A DNA stretch of 64,000 nt from Acidimicrobiales bacterium (GTDB taxonomy: Bacteria; Actinomycetota; Acidimicrobiia; Acidimicrobiales; VFJN01): positions 702 to 64,701 of the forward strand of contig JAUXRW010000069.1 of NCBI GenBank assembly GCA_030681555.1. The letters run 5' to 3'. Below the pieces are notes generated by a model. The model did no database searches and was not told where the DNA came from. It was given only the letters and a program-made list of their open reading frames with translations. Positions 1 to 9,388 of the stretch are shown here, piece after piece (within the stretch, counting starts at the first letter, position 1; each line of letters starts with the position of its first letter). Position numbers and translations under genes: made by a program.

Positions 1-981
1 GCCCGGGCCGAACAGGTAGTTGCCCGGGTGCGGGTCGCCGTTGAACGCGTGGAGCCGGTAGAGGCTGCCGAACACGAAGCGGAAGATGGTCTCGGCGGCG
101 AGGTCCCGCTCGGCCTGGGTCCAGGTCACGAGCTCCTCGAAGTGCACGCCGTCCGCCAGCTCCGTCGTGAGGACGCCCTCCGCGCACAGCGCGTCGACCA
201 CGACCGGGACGTGGATGAACGGGTGCCCCTCGTAGTAGTCGGCGAACAAGCGCTGGTTGTCCGCCTCGAGGCGGTAGTCGAGCTCCTCGAGGAGGCGGTC
301 CCGCAGCTCCTGGACGAGCGGCTCGGGTTGGAGGCCGGGGAACAGCATCCCCATCGCGCCGAACAGGAGGCCGGCGTTGTCGAGGTCGGACCTGATGGCG
401 TCGCCCACCCCGGGGTACTGCACCTTCACCGCCACGGAGCGGCCGTCGTGGAGGAGGGCGCGGTGCACCTGGCCGATGGACGCCGCGGCGATCGGCTCCG
501 GGTCCCACGTCGCGAAGAGCTTCTCCGGCGGTGCACCCAGCTCCTCCCGCACGACCTTGGCGGCCAGGGCGGCGCTCATCGGCGGGGCGTTGGACTGCAG
601 CTCCGCCAGCGCCGCCCGCATGTGCTCGGGCATGCCCTGGTCGAGGTAGCTGGCCATCTGGCCGAGCTTCATCATGGCGCCCTTCATGTTGCCCAGCGCC
701 TCGGTGATGGACTCGGCCGTCTTCAGCTCGAAGGCCGTGTCCAGCTGGCCCTGGCGCTCGGCGGACGCGAACGCCCGCTTGGCGCGGTGCAGCGCGTACG
801 AGCCGCCGGTCTTCGCGCCCACGCCGGCCAGCGCGGCGTTGCGGGCGCTGCGGCTCGTGGTGTCGACCGGCCCCCGGTCGGCGACCGACGTACGACGCCG
901 CGCCTCCTGCACGGCGAGCGCCCCTGCGGTGGCGGCGCCGATCACGCCCAGGACGGTGGCGAGGGTGCTGGCCCGGGGCAT
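1..981 (-). CDS. ABC1/UbiB-family atypical protein kinase (3' end outside window)
   Basis: Reverse translation from ATG at 979-981 gives MPRASTLATV.... It contains IAAASIGQVHRA and FNGDPHPGNYLF motifs typical of ABC1/AarF kinases. The listed + ORF 28..1062 is its antisense shadow. Confidence 0.85.
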   Translation of the reverse strand, partial: MPRASTLATVLGVIGAATAGALAVQEARRRTSVADRGPVDTTSRSARNAALAGVGAKTGGSYALHRAKRAFASAERQGQLDTAFELKTAESITEALGNMKGAMMKLGQMASYLDQGMPEHMRAALAELQSNAPPMSAALAAKVVREELGAPPEKLFATWDPEPIAAASIGQVHRALLHDGRSVAVKVQYPGVGDAIRSDLDNAGLLFGAMGMLFPGLQPEPLVQELRDRLLEELDYRLEADNQRLFADYYEGHPFIHVPVVVDALCAEGVLTTELADGVHFEELVTWTQAERDLAAETIFRFVFGSLYRLHAFNGDPHPGNYLFGPG

Positions 982-1058
982 GGCTCCGGAGCGTACCGAG
1001 GGCGGTCCGACGGGTCAGATCCCCTGCGGGTCGGTAGGGCTTGGGTACGGTCGCCCCC

Positions 1059-1583
1059 ATGAGCGACGCCGACGCCATCAACCTGGCTCTGCTCGTCCTG
1101 CGCTGCGGGATCGGCGCCGTGATGCTGGCCCACGGGATCAACCACATCTTCGGCGGTGGGAAGATCGCCGGCACGGGCCGGTGGTTCGAGAGCCTCGGCA
1201 TGAAGCCCGGGGTGGTGCACGCGTGGTTCGCCAGCATCGCGGAGGTGGGCGGGGGCGCGCTGCTGGTGCTGGGTTTGCTCACCCCCGTGGGGGCCGCTGC
1301 CGTGGTCGGCACCATGCTCGTCGCCTGGATCACCAACCACCGCGGGAACGGGTTCTTCATCTTCCGACCGGGCGAGGGGTGGGAGTACGTGATGACCCTC
1401 ACCCTTGTCGGCTTCGCCGTCGCCATCCTCGGCGGCGGCGAATGGTCGCTCGACGAGGCGCTCGAGCTCCGGGACAACCTTGTCGGCGTCACCGGCCTGG
1501 TGATCGCGCTGGTCGCGGGCGTGGGCGGCGCCGCCGCGCTGCTAGCCGCGGCCTGGCGGCCACCGCCGCCCACGGCCGACTGA
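1059..1583 (+). CDS. DoxX family membrane protein
   Basis: MSDADAINLALLVLRCGIGAVMLAHGINHIFGGG... with four hydrophobic segments, DoxX-like. The ATG at 1059 is preferred over the TTG at 1041. Confidence 0.8.
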   Translation: MSDADAINLALLVLRCGIGAVMLAHGINHIFGGGKIAGTGRWFESLGMKPGVVHAWFASIAEVGGGALLVLGLLTPVGAAAVVGTMLVAWITNHRGNGFFIFRPGEGWEYVMTLTLVGFAVAILGGGEWSLDEALELRDNLVGVTGLVIALVAGVGGAAALLAAAWRPPPPTAD

Positions 1584-1630
1584 GCGCCGTGGCGTGCGTC
1601 GGGGTCTTCGGCGCGGTGGGCGCGTCGGTC

Positions 1631-2530
1631 TCAGCCGGCGAGGCGACGGCAGGCGCCGGCGAGGTGGGTCGCCACCGCGCGGGCACCGCGCGGCGCCAGC
1701 AGGATGGAGTAGTGGTTGGTGTTCTCCACCAGCATCTCCATCCGGATCGGCCACCTGGCCCGCAGTGGATCCAGGAGCTCGTCGGGCAGCAGCGGCGGCA
1801 CCTGGTTCAGCAGCCCCCGGGGGGCTCGCAGGAGCGTGGTGGGCTGCTGGAGATCGAAGCAGGCCCGGCGCACCTGCTCGTCGACAAGCAGCTCGCGGCC
1901 GTCGAACCGGACCGCCTCCAGGGAGGCGGACGAGTGCAGCTCCGGCTCCTCGCCGGTGAGGTCGTGGTCGAGCCACGCCTCGGTGTCCTCGTTCCACGCA
2001 CCGGGCTCGACGAGGGCCGGGTGGTCCCGCCAGAAGGCGTGGTACGCCGCCCGGTCGGCGAACACCATCTCCAGGCGGGCCAGGGCGGGGCCGAGGACAC
2101 CGGCGAGCATGTCGTCCGGATCGACGGCCCGGGGGAGCGGGAGCGCCACGCCGCCGTCCACGAGCACGACCGAGGACCACCGCTTCGGATCCGTGGTGGC
2201 GGCGACGGCGGCCACGTACGCGCCCATCGAGTGGCCCGCCAACACCGCCTGGTCGAGGTGCAGGTGGTCGAGCACCGCCACCATGTCCTGGGCGTGCCGG
2301 CGCATGCCGAACGGACCGGGCAGGTCGGTCGACCGCCCGCGGCCCCGCAGGTCGGAGGCGACGAGGGTGACGCCGGGCTCGAGGGCCCTGGCCACCGCCT
2401 GCCACGAGCGGTGGTTGCCCGTGATCCCGTGGGCGGCGACGACGACCTGATCGCCGTGGCCCCAGCGCCCCACGTGCAGCGTGCCTCCCTCCACGGGGAC
2501 CTCGACGGACGAGTAGGGGGCCAGCGGCAT
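1631..2530 (-). CDS. alpha/beta hydrolase
   Basis: 299-aa ORF with HGITGNHRSW and the nucleophile elbow GHSMGA. GC3 is high. Confidence 0.85.
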   Translation of the reverse strand: MPLAPYSSVEVPVEGGTLHVGRWGHGDQVVVAAHGITGNHRSWQAVARALEPGVTLVASDLRGRGRSTDLPGPFGMRRHAQDMVAVLDHLHLDQAVLAGHSMGAYVAAVAATTDPKRWSSVVLVDGGVALPLPRAVDPDDMLAGVLGPALARLEMVFADRAAYHAFWRDHPALVEPGAWNEDTEAWLDHDLTGEEPELHSSASLEAVRFDGRELLVDEQVRRACFDLQQPTTLLRAPRGLLNQVPPLLPDELLDPLRARWPIRMEMLVENTNHYSILLAPRGARAVATHLAGACRRLAG

Positions 2531-2542
2531 CTGCGGCCGACC

Positions 2543-2980
2543 CTAGCGAGAACCCCTGGGCGATGACGCCCGCGCTCCGCAGGGCGGGGCGGGCTCTCCC
2601 GTCGAGCCCGAGCTCGGCCGCCGGCACGGCATCCGGGTCCCCGGTTCCTCCGCCACGCCCGTGAGCGGCACCGGGTTGCCGGGAACCAGCACCGGCTGCT
2701 CGACGTGCTGGTGCGGGCACCTCGACCAGTGCGTTGCGAGCGGCGACGTGGGATCGGCCACGACCTCGTCCGTGAAGCACTCCCCGGCGCCGATCCCGGC
2801 GCCGAGATCCGACCCTGCCGCTCGGCGAAGCGCGGGTCGGTGGTCCAGCCGGGCGAACTGCGGCTCCCGGCCGACCTGCACGATGAACCAGCCGTCGACG
2901 GCGCGGAGCCCGTGCGTGATCAGCGGCACCCAACTGGATCTGTGAACCGGATCCGGCAACAGCTGCCGGATCGGGTTCAC
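2543..2980 (-). CDS. hypothetical protein (possible cupin-like fold)
   Basis: Lower part of ORF 2543..3694, from an in-frame GTG at 2978-2980. GC3 is high. DGWFIVQV and PHQHVEQPVLV resemble cupin segments. It is divergent from the GNAT gene. Function not established. Confidence 0.4.
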   Translation of the reverse strand: MNPIRQLLPDPVHRSSWVPLITHGLRAVDGWFIVQVGREPQFARLDHRPALRRAAGSDLGAGIGAGECFTDEVVADPTSPLATHWSRCPHQHVEQPVLVPGNPVPLTGVAEEPGTRMPCRRPSSGSTGEPAPPCGARASSPRGSR

Positions 2981-3068
2981 ATATCGGGGGCCCCGGTGAC
3001 GGCCCGGAGGGACCGTCAGCCCGAGAAGGCTCGTGACACCTGGGCCGCGCGGTGGGAGCCTCGACGGG

Positions 3069-4037
3069 ATGGGTGAGCTGCGCTGGGAGGCGCCGACGGG
3101 CGCGGCCGACGGTGCCTGGGTGGAGCTCCTCGGCGCGATCGAGGAGGTCGACCGTCGCGGGGAGGTCGTCGGCCCGGAGGACGTGGCCGACGAGTGGGCG
3201 TCGCTCTGGTCGCATCCCGAGACCGATGCATTGTTCGTCTGGGACGGCGGCGACCTCGTGGCCTTCGGCTGGATCAAGACGCTGGTGGGGGAGCGGGAGC
3301 ACCACCGCGTCGAGTGCTGGGGTGGGGTCCGGCCGTCGCACCGGCGCCGGGGGATCGGGCGGGACCTCCTGCGGCGCCAGGTCGCGAGGGCCCGCGAGAT
3401 CGCGGTGCGGATCCCGGGGGACCTGCCGGTGCGCATCGGTCTCGAGGCGGGGGACCACCAGACCGACCTGCTCGCCCTCGCCACCCGCGCCGGGTTCTCA
3501 CCCGAGCGCCGGTTCCTCGAGATCGCCCGGCCGGTCAGCGAGCCCGTGGCACCGCCGACGGCCCCGGCCGGCCTGCGCCTCGTGCCATGGGACGAGGCGT
3601 GGGACGAGCGGATCCGCGTGGCGCACACAGAGACGTTCGCCGGCCACTGGGGCACCGAGCCCCGCACACCGCAGGAGTGGCGCCAGTGGTACACGGGACA
3701 CCGCGGGTTCCGGCCCGACCTCTCCTACATCGCAGAGGACGAGGGCAGGGACGAGGTCGCCGGTTTCGTCCTGGCCGCCGCGTACCCGAACGACTGGGAC
3801 TCCTGTCCGCGCGAGGCCTGGATCCACACGCTCGGCACCCGCCCGGCGTGGCGTGGGCGGGGCATCGCTCGCTGGCTCCTCACCAGGACGCTCGGCGCGG
3901 TGGCCGATGCCGACGACGGGTTCGAGCAGACGATCCTCGGCGTCGATGCCGAGAACCCGACGGGCGCGCTCTGCCTCTACCGCTCGCTCGGCTTCGTCGA
4001 CGTGCGGGCGACGTTGCGGCTCGGCCTGCAGCCCTGA
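3069..4037 (+). CDS. tandem-GNAT N-acetyltransferase (mycothiol synthase MshD-like)
   Basis: Two acetyl-CoA motifs (HRRRGIGRDLL and AWRGRGIARWLL) in about 320 aa. ATG at 3069; an alternative GTG lies at 3033. Confidence 0.75.
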   Translation: MGELRWEAPTGAADGAWVELLGAIEEVDRRGEVVGPEDVADEWASLWSHPETDALFVWDGGDLVAFGWIKTLVGEREHHRVECWGGVRPSHRRRGIGRDLLRRQVARAREIAVRIPGDLPVRIGLEAGDHQTDLLALATRAGFSPERRFLEIARPVSEPVAPPTAPAGLRLVPWDEAWDERIRVAHTETFAGHWGTEPRTPQEWRQWYTGHRGFRPDLSYIAEDEGRDEVAGFVLAAAYPNDWDSCPREAWIHTLGTRPAWRGRGIARWLLTRTLGAVADADDGFEQTILGVDAENPTGALCLYRSLGFVDVRATLRLGLQP

Positions 4038-4039
4038 GG

Positions 4040-4215
4040 CCTCGGCGCGGACGCCTCCGTCGAGCGACAGCATGCGGCGGGCGTTGCCCTGCGTGATCTT
4101 CTCGACGACGTCCGGCGCCAGGCCCGCCATCAGCTCGGTGGACACGGCCTTGGTGTTGGGCACGTCGAGTCGGTGTGCGTGTAGTCGGTGTCGAACGTGA
4201 TGTGTCGACGCCGAC
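4040..4215 (-). pseudogene. C-terminal remnant of an amidohydrolase_2-type gene (frameshifted)
   Basis: Minus-strand frames read HITFDTDYTHTDS, then, one frame over, PNTKAVSTELMAGLAPDVVEKITQGNARRMLSLD. There is no N-terminal HxH region upstream, and no stop before the frame runs antisense into the GNAT gene. Confidence 0.45.
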
Positions 4216-4655
4216 CTAGACGAGGCCGTGGATGCCGTGCTGGTCGCAAAGAAGCAGCCGTGCATCTTGCCGGCCGTGGCCGCGCCGCGCGTGTCTACGA
4301 GGTCGTCGCCGGCCTCGCCCAGGCGGCCGGCCACCTCGAGGTGGGCCACCCTCTTGCGCCCAGCGGTGGGCCCGCTGATCTCGGACCTGTCTCGGTCGCC
4401 AACGGCACCGAGTTGGGGCTCTACGACGGCGTCGTCACCGCCGACAAGGCCCGAGGCATGCGGGTGGGCCGCCAGCTCCGCATGGGCGACGTCGGCATCG
4501 ACACCGCCCAGGGGGACCACGAGGCGCCGTTCGGAGGTTTCAATGTCGAGCGTGGGGCGCGACGGCGGCAGCTTCGGGCTCCACGCCTCCAGCGAGCTGC
4601 AGAGCATCGTCTGGCCCTGCTGAACGCGGTTCCAAACCGCTTTCCGCACCCTAGG

Positions 4656-5993
4656 ATGACCGCGGGCATGAACCGAACACTCCGCCGATCTCGTCGCGCC
4701 ATCGGCGCTGGTGTGCTGCTCCTCGCCGCGGGGATCCTGCAGCTCGCGCCGGCGGAGGCGGAGTCCGTGGAGGTGCCCGCCGTCATCTCCCGTGAGGCCT
4801 ACTTCACCAGCCCCATCACCCAGGTCACGCCGCCCGTCCTCCGCAACGGGTTCCCGCCGGCCACCGCCTGCCTCGTCGCCGGGCTCGTCGGCGTGCCGCA
4901 GCTGTGCGGCTCCGAGGTGCAGCAGATCGTCGGCCTCCTGGGCCTGAGCGACGGCATCCCCATCCCGATCACGCCGGACGGGGACGTGGCCCAGCCCCTC
5001 GTCGTCCCGGGCACCACGCCGGTGGGCATGATCGCGGGCCAGCAGCGCTACGCGTCGCTGTTCCAGCTGGCGCTCCCGGCTATCCCCGCCGGCGAGCAGA
5101 TCTCCTCCTTCGAGCTCGTGCTGAAGCAGGAGGGGCTGAACTTCGCCATCGAGTCGCCCGCAACCCGTGATGTCGTGCTGCAGACCGTGGCGCAGCTCGA
5201 CGACCAGAACCCGCAGCTGATCCTCGATGCGGTCAGCCGGGCGCTGAGCGGCGAGGTGCCGCTCGTGACCGACACCATCACCGGCATCGAGGCCTGCCCG
5301 GCGCTGCAGCCGTGGAACGGCGGCGACGCCCAGGGCGCCTCGCTCGATGGCATCCGCCTGCCGGACGTGAACTGCCAGATCGGCACGACGGGCAGCTACG
5401 ACCCGGCCACCGCCACGTGGACGTTCGACCTCACGTTCGCGGCCCAGGCGTGGACGCAAGGGGTCGACGGCGTCGCCCTCGCCAACGAAGGGATCGTGCT
5501 GCGTCCGGTCGGCGCCCCGAACTTCGCCTACGGCGATCCCGACGTCTCCACGAACTGGGTGGTGTCCCTGGCCGACAGCACCGCGGCCGAGGGCCTCCGC
5601 CCCGCCGTCCGGTACAGCACGACCCCCGCGGACGCCCCGGCCACCGACGTGCCCCTCGATCTCGACCTTGGCAACGCCGGCGGCTCCGTGGAGCTGCCCT
5701 CGTTCACCCCCGGCGCACCGCTCGACCTCGGCGGCGTGGTCGCTCCGCCGGTCGCCTCGGTCAGCGGCGCCATCAGCGCTCGCTACGCCGAGCGCGACGC
5801 GAGCGGCGGAAAGGGATCCACACCCGGCTGGGTCTGGATCGCCCTCCCGCTCGGCGCGCTGGCCGCGTTCGTGTTCGCCCAGGCCCTCGACGCCTCGCCC
5901 GCTGCGGCGCGCCGGCGCCCGGGTGCCCTCACCCACCTCGTCGCGGCCCGGGCCCAGGCCACCTCCGATCCCGTCGCACCCCCGAGGAGCTGA
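4656..5993 (+). CDS. secreted hypothetical protein with C-terminal membrane anchor
   Basis: MTAGMNRTLRRSRRAIGAGVLLLAAGILQLAPAEA is a signal peptide. The C-terminal TM is WVWIALPLGALAAFVFAQAL. The upstream part of ORF 4188..5993 is antisense-like. Confidence 0.75.
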   Translation: MTAGMNRTLRRSRRAIGAGVLLLAAGILQLAPAEAESVEVPAVISREAYFTSPITQVTPPVLRNGFPPATACLVAGLVGVPQLCGSEVQQIVGLLGLSDGIPIPITPDGDVAQPLVVPGTTPVGMIAGQQRYASLFQLALPAIPAGEQISSFELVLKQEGLNFAIESPATRDVVLQTVAQLDDQNPQLILDAVSRALSGEVPLVTDTITGIEACPALQPWNGGDAQGASLDGIRLPDVNCQIGTTGSYDPATATWTFDLTFAAQAWTQGVDGVALANEGIVLRPVGAPNFAYGDPDVSTNWVVSLADSTAAEGLRPAVRYSTTPADAPATDVPLDLDLGNAGGSVELPSFTPGAPLDLGGVVAPPVASVSGAISARYAERDASGGKGSTPGWVWIALPLGALAAFVFAQALDASPAAARRRPGALTHLVAARAQATSDPVAPPRS

Positions 5994-7447
5994 CCGTCCC
6001 CGAAACCGTCACCCCGTCCCGCCGTCGTGGGCGGCTGCACTCCCGTGCCGTCGCCCTCGTCGCCGCGGCCTCCCTGCTCGCGCTCGTCGCGGCCTGCGGG
6101 CAGAAGCCCGGCACGCACGACGCCTCCGCCGACGCGCTGCCCGAGATCATCATCGAGACCGGCGCCGGCGGTGGTCTGGCCCCAGGTGAGGGCACGGCCG
6201 AGGCCAGCACCACGGGTGGCGCCGCCGCGGGCGGCACCACGGGCGGCACCACCGGCGGCACGGCCGGCGGCGGCGGAGCGGGCGGCACCGGGGCAGCGGG
6301 CGGCGCCGGATCGCTCCAGCTCACCGGCAAGGACCGCACGGGCGTCACGGCGGATGCGATCAACGTCGCCATCCACGCTCCCGTCACGGGTGCGGCGCCG
6401 CTCCCGGCCGAGTCGTTCGAGAAGTCCGGCGACCTCTACTGGCGCTACGTCACCGAGATGCAGGGCGAGAAGGTGCTCGGCCGGTCGAAGGTGAACGTGT
6501 CCTTCAAGGATGACAAGTACACGCCCAACACCGCCATCCAGGCGTGCCGCGAGCTCGCCTCCTCGGCATTCCTCCTCGTGGGCGGCGGCGGCACCGACCA
6601 GATCCAGGCCTGTGCCCAGTACGCCGAGCAGGCCAAGGTGCCCTACCTGTCGGCCGGCGTCACCGAGGTCGGCCTGCGGGGCCTGAAGAACTACTTCGCC
6701 ACCGGGATGTCGTACCCGCAGCAGGCCACCCTGCTGGCGCAGTACGTGAAGAAGAGCTTCGCCGGCAAGAAGGTTGCCGCGATCATCACCAACACGCCGA
6801 ACTTCGACGATGCAGCGTCGGCGTGGGACAAGGCCGCGAAGGAGCAGGGGCTGAACTACTTCAAGACCCTGCGCCATCCGAAGGGCAACAACAGCTGGAT
6901 CACGGCGTACTCGAGCGAGATGAAGGGCGCCGGCGTCGAGGTGCTGTTCATCCTCTCGGCGCCCGTGGACTACATCCAGTTCGCGCAGCAGGCCGGCACG
7001 CAGGGCTTCAAGCCGCAGTACGTAGGCGTCGGCATCAGCAAGGGGCTCAACGCGGTCCTCGGGGCCGGCTGCCCGGACGTCAACGGCGGCATCTTCTTCT
7101 CGCCCTTCCCCGGCATCGACTGGGCCCGCCAGAACGTGCCGGAGTTCTTCCAGGCCGGCGAGCGCTTCGGGAAGCCCACCGACGACATTGCCCTCGCCCT
7201 CTGGGGCCTGGCCTCGGTCGAGCACGAGGCGTTCAAGCGCTACGAGCAGGTCTACAAGAGCACCGACCTGACGCGTGAGGACTTCTCGAAGATGCTCGAG
7301 CAGCAACAGGGCATCGCCACCAAGGTGAACCCGCAGCTGAGCTACAAGGCCGGCGACCACTTCGGCGGCAACCAGGTGCACGTGCTGCAAGCCGACTGCG
7401 GGGCCGGCGAGCACAAGACCCTCGCCACGTTCGCCTCTGGGTTCTGA
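5990..7447 (+). CDS. branched-chain amino-acid ABC transporter substrate-binding lipoprotein (start codon uncertain)
   Basis: Signal peptide RRRGRLHSRAVALVAAASLLALVAACG with a lipobox, then a Gly/Thr linker and a Peripla_BP_6-like body. There is no ATG, GTG or TTG in frame within about 540 nt upstream of the signal peptide or within it. A CTG at 5990 overlaps the upstream TGA (CTGA). Confidence 0.8.
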   Translation: MTVPETVTPSRRRGRLHSRAVALVAAASLLALVAACGQKPGTHDASADALPEIIIETGAGGGLAPGEGTAEASTTGGAAAGGTTGGTTGGTAGGGGAGGTGAAGGAGSLQLTGKDRTGVTADAINVAIHAPVTGAAPLPAESFEKSGDLYWRYVTEMQGEKVLGRSKVNVSFKDDKYTPNTAIQACRELASSAFLLVGGGGTDQIQACAQYAEQAKVPYLSAGVTEVGLRGLKNYFATGMSYPQQATLLAQYVKKSFAGKKVAAIITNTPNFDDAASAWDKAAKEQGLNYFKTLRHPKGNNSWITAYSSEMKGAGVEVLFILSAPVDYIQFAQQAGTQGFKPQYVGVGISKGLNAVLGAGCPDVNGGIFFSPFPGIDWARQNVPEFFQAGERFGKPTDDIALALWGLASVEHEAFKRYEQVYKSTDLTREDFSKMLEQQQGIATKVNPQLSYKAGDHFGGNQVHVLQADCGAGEHKTLATFASGF

Positions 7448-7448
7448 C

Positions 7449-8363
7449 ATGGAGACCTGGATCGAGGTCGTGGTGTTCGGGCTCCAGCGGGGCGCCATCT
7501 TCGGCCTCGTGGGCCTCGGGCTCGCCCTCGTCTACAAGGCCACCCGCATCCTGAACTTCGCCCAGGGTGAGCTCGGCACCGTCCCGGCGTTCGCCGCGCT
7601 GATGGTGATGACGGGGTTCGAGACGGTGGGCGATGAGGTGGCCGATCGGGGCCTGCTGCTCCCGGCGACGGTCGTGGCGGTCCTGGTCGGGGCGCTCCTC
7701 GGCGTGCTCCTCTACGTCGTCGTCATCCGGCCCCTCGGCAAGGTCTCGCCGGTCACCTCGCTCGTCGCGACGGCGGGAGTGGCGCTGCTGCTCACGACCA
7801 TCGAGATCAACGTGTTCGAGGCGCGTGCCCGTCGGTTCCCCCGTCCCGTCAACGGCGGCTTCGACCTCCCCGGCACCGACGTGATCGTCGACTGGCACAC
7901 CGTCGTCATCCTCGCTGCCCTCGCCGGCGTGGCCCTCGCCCTCGCGGCCTTCTTCCGCAGCGCCCCGGGCGTGGCCCTGCTGGCCACCGCCGAGGACCCC
8001 TTCGCCGCCGAGCTGCAAGGCGTGCCCGTCGAGCGCATGCGAGCCCTGGCCTGGGGCGCCGCCGGGGCCCTCGGCGCGCTGGCCGGCGTGCTCGGCGCCG
8101 GCGTGTTCGAGAGCCTCACCCCGGGCCTCGTGACGAGCACGTTCATGATCCCGGCCTTCACGGGCGTGGTGCTCGGTGGCATCACCTCGATGGTGGGCGC
8201 GGTGGTGGGCGGGTTCGCCCTCGGCATCGTCAGCCAGGCCGCCATCCAGATCGTCACCACCTACGAGCTCGACGTCCCTGGCCCGCCGCAGCTCGCCGTG
8301 CTCGTGGTGCTCCTCGCCGTCCTCCTCATGCGGCCCCAGGGCCTGCTCGGGCGGAGCGCATGA
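7449..8363 (+). CDS. livH: branched-chain amino-acid ABC transporter permease
   Basis: 304-aa polytopic protein, METWIEVVVFGLQRGAIFGLVGLGLALVY..., of LivH/BraD type. Confidence 0.9.
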   Translation: METWIEVVVFGLQRGAIFGLVGLGLALVYKATRILNFAQGELGTVPAFAALMVMTGFETVGDEVADRGLLLPATVVAVLVGALLGVLLYVVVIRPLGKVSPVTSLVATAGVALLLTTIEINVFEARARRFPRPVNGGFDLPGTDVIVDWHTVVILAALAGVALALAAFFRSAPGVALLATAEDPFAAELQGVPVERMRALAWGAAGALGALAGVLGAGVFESLTPGLVTSTFMIPAFTGVVLGGITSMVGAVVGGFALGIVSQAAIQIVTTYELDVPGPPQLAVLVVLLAVLLMRPQGLLGRSA

Positions 8364-9388
8364 GCGCGCGCCTGCCGCGGCTGGCCGTCCTCGGCCTGCT
8401 CCTGCTGCTCGTCCTCGCCATACCGCAGGTCGTCCCCGGCGTCTACATCAACGTTGTCGCCCGAGCCGCCGTGTACGGCATCGTGGCCCTGTCGATGAAC
8501 GTGCTCGTCGGGTACGCCGGCCAGGCATCGCTCGGCCATGCCGCCTTCCTCGGCGTCGGCGCCTTCGCCTCGGGCTACGCGCTCACGGAGATGGGGATGC
8601 CGTTCGGCGCCGCGCTGGCCGTGGCGGCGCTCGTGGGCATGGCCGCCGCCCTCGTGCTCGGGGGCGTCGCCCTGCGGGTGACCGGCCTCTACCTCGCCCT
8701 CGTAACCATCGCCTTCGGGCTGTTCGCCCAGGAGACGCTGTTCAACATCCGGTCGCTCACCGGCGGCGGCGCGGGCCAGCCCGCTGCCCGGCCGTCGCTG
8801 TTCCAGGGCGACGTGGCCTACACCTACCTCTGCGTCGGGGTGCTGTTCCTCGTCATCCTCTTCGACTGGCGCCTGACCGCCACCCGTCCGGGCCGGGCCA
8901 TCCAGGCCCTCCGCGACGACGAGCGCGTCGCCGCGTCGTGGGGCATCGACGTCACCGCCCACAAGCTCCTGGCCTTCGTCATCTCGGGTGGCATCGCTGG
9001 CATCGGGGGCGGCCTCTTCGCCTCGATCGAGCAGATCGTGTCGAAGGAGGACTTCGGGCTCAGCCTGTCCATCACGTTCCTGCTGATGACGGTCGTGGGC
9101 GGGGCCGGCAACCGCTGGGGCGTGGTGCAGGGCGGGATCCTCTTCGCGGTCCTGCCCACCCTCCTCGACCGCACCCACGCCAACTTCCACGTCTTCCCGT
9201 TCACCGAGCTCACCGCCACCTGGGAGCCGGCCATCGGGGCCGTCCTCCTGCTGCTCACGCTGACGATGTTCCCGGGCGGGATCGCGCAGCAGCAGGGCGC
9301 GCTGCTCAGCTGGCTCGGCGGCGGACCGTTCACGCGCGATCCGGACGCCCACGCTCCGCAGGGAGGAGGCATGGGTGCTCGCCCCTGA
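8360..9388 (+). CDS. livM: branched-chain amino-acid ABC transporter permease
   Basis: 342-aa polytopic protein of LivM/BraE type. Its start overlaps the livH stop (ATGA). Confidence 0.9.
   Translation: MSARLPRLAVLGLLLLLVLAIPQVVPGVYINVVARAAVYGIVALSMNVLVGYAGQASLGHAAFLGVGAFASGYALTEMGMPFGAALAVAALVGMAAALVLGGVALRVTGLYLALVTIAFGLFAQETLFNIRSLTGGGAGQPAARPSLFQGDVAYTYLCVGVLFLVILFDWRLTATRPGRAIQALRDDERVAASWGIDVTAHKLLAFVISGGIAGIGGGLFASIEQIVSKEDFGLSLSITFLLMTVVGGAGNRWGVVQGGILFAVLPTLLDRTHANFHVFPFTELTATWEPAIGAVLLLLTLTMFPGGIAQQQGALLSWLGGGPFTRDPDAHAPQGGGMGARP

Noticed and set aside
28-1062. 344-aa plus-strand ORF at the left edge.
   Set aside because: It is antisense to a clear ABC1/UbiB kinase reading frame. 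That frame was not listed in the track because its stop lies outside the window.
5312-5989. N-terminal extension of about 226 aa on the SBP ORF (5312..7447). Also a possible -1 frameshift fusion with the upstream gene at the C5 run (5979-5983).
   Set aside because: The extension is Arg/Pro-rich junk that overlaps the real upstream gene. The SBP has its own signal peptide and lipobox, so a fusion would bury them. A-CCC-CCG is not a canonical X-XXY-YYZ slippery heptamer.
5800-5993. A sorting signal (LPXTG, GlyGly-CTERM or PEP-CTERM) at the C-terminus of the 4656..5993 protein.
   Set aside because: No LPXTG or PEP motif precedes the TM helix. About 40 residues follow the helix, unlike those sorting signals.
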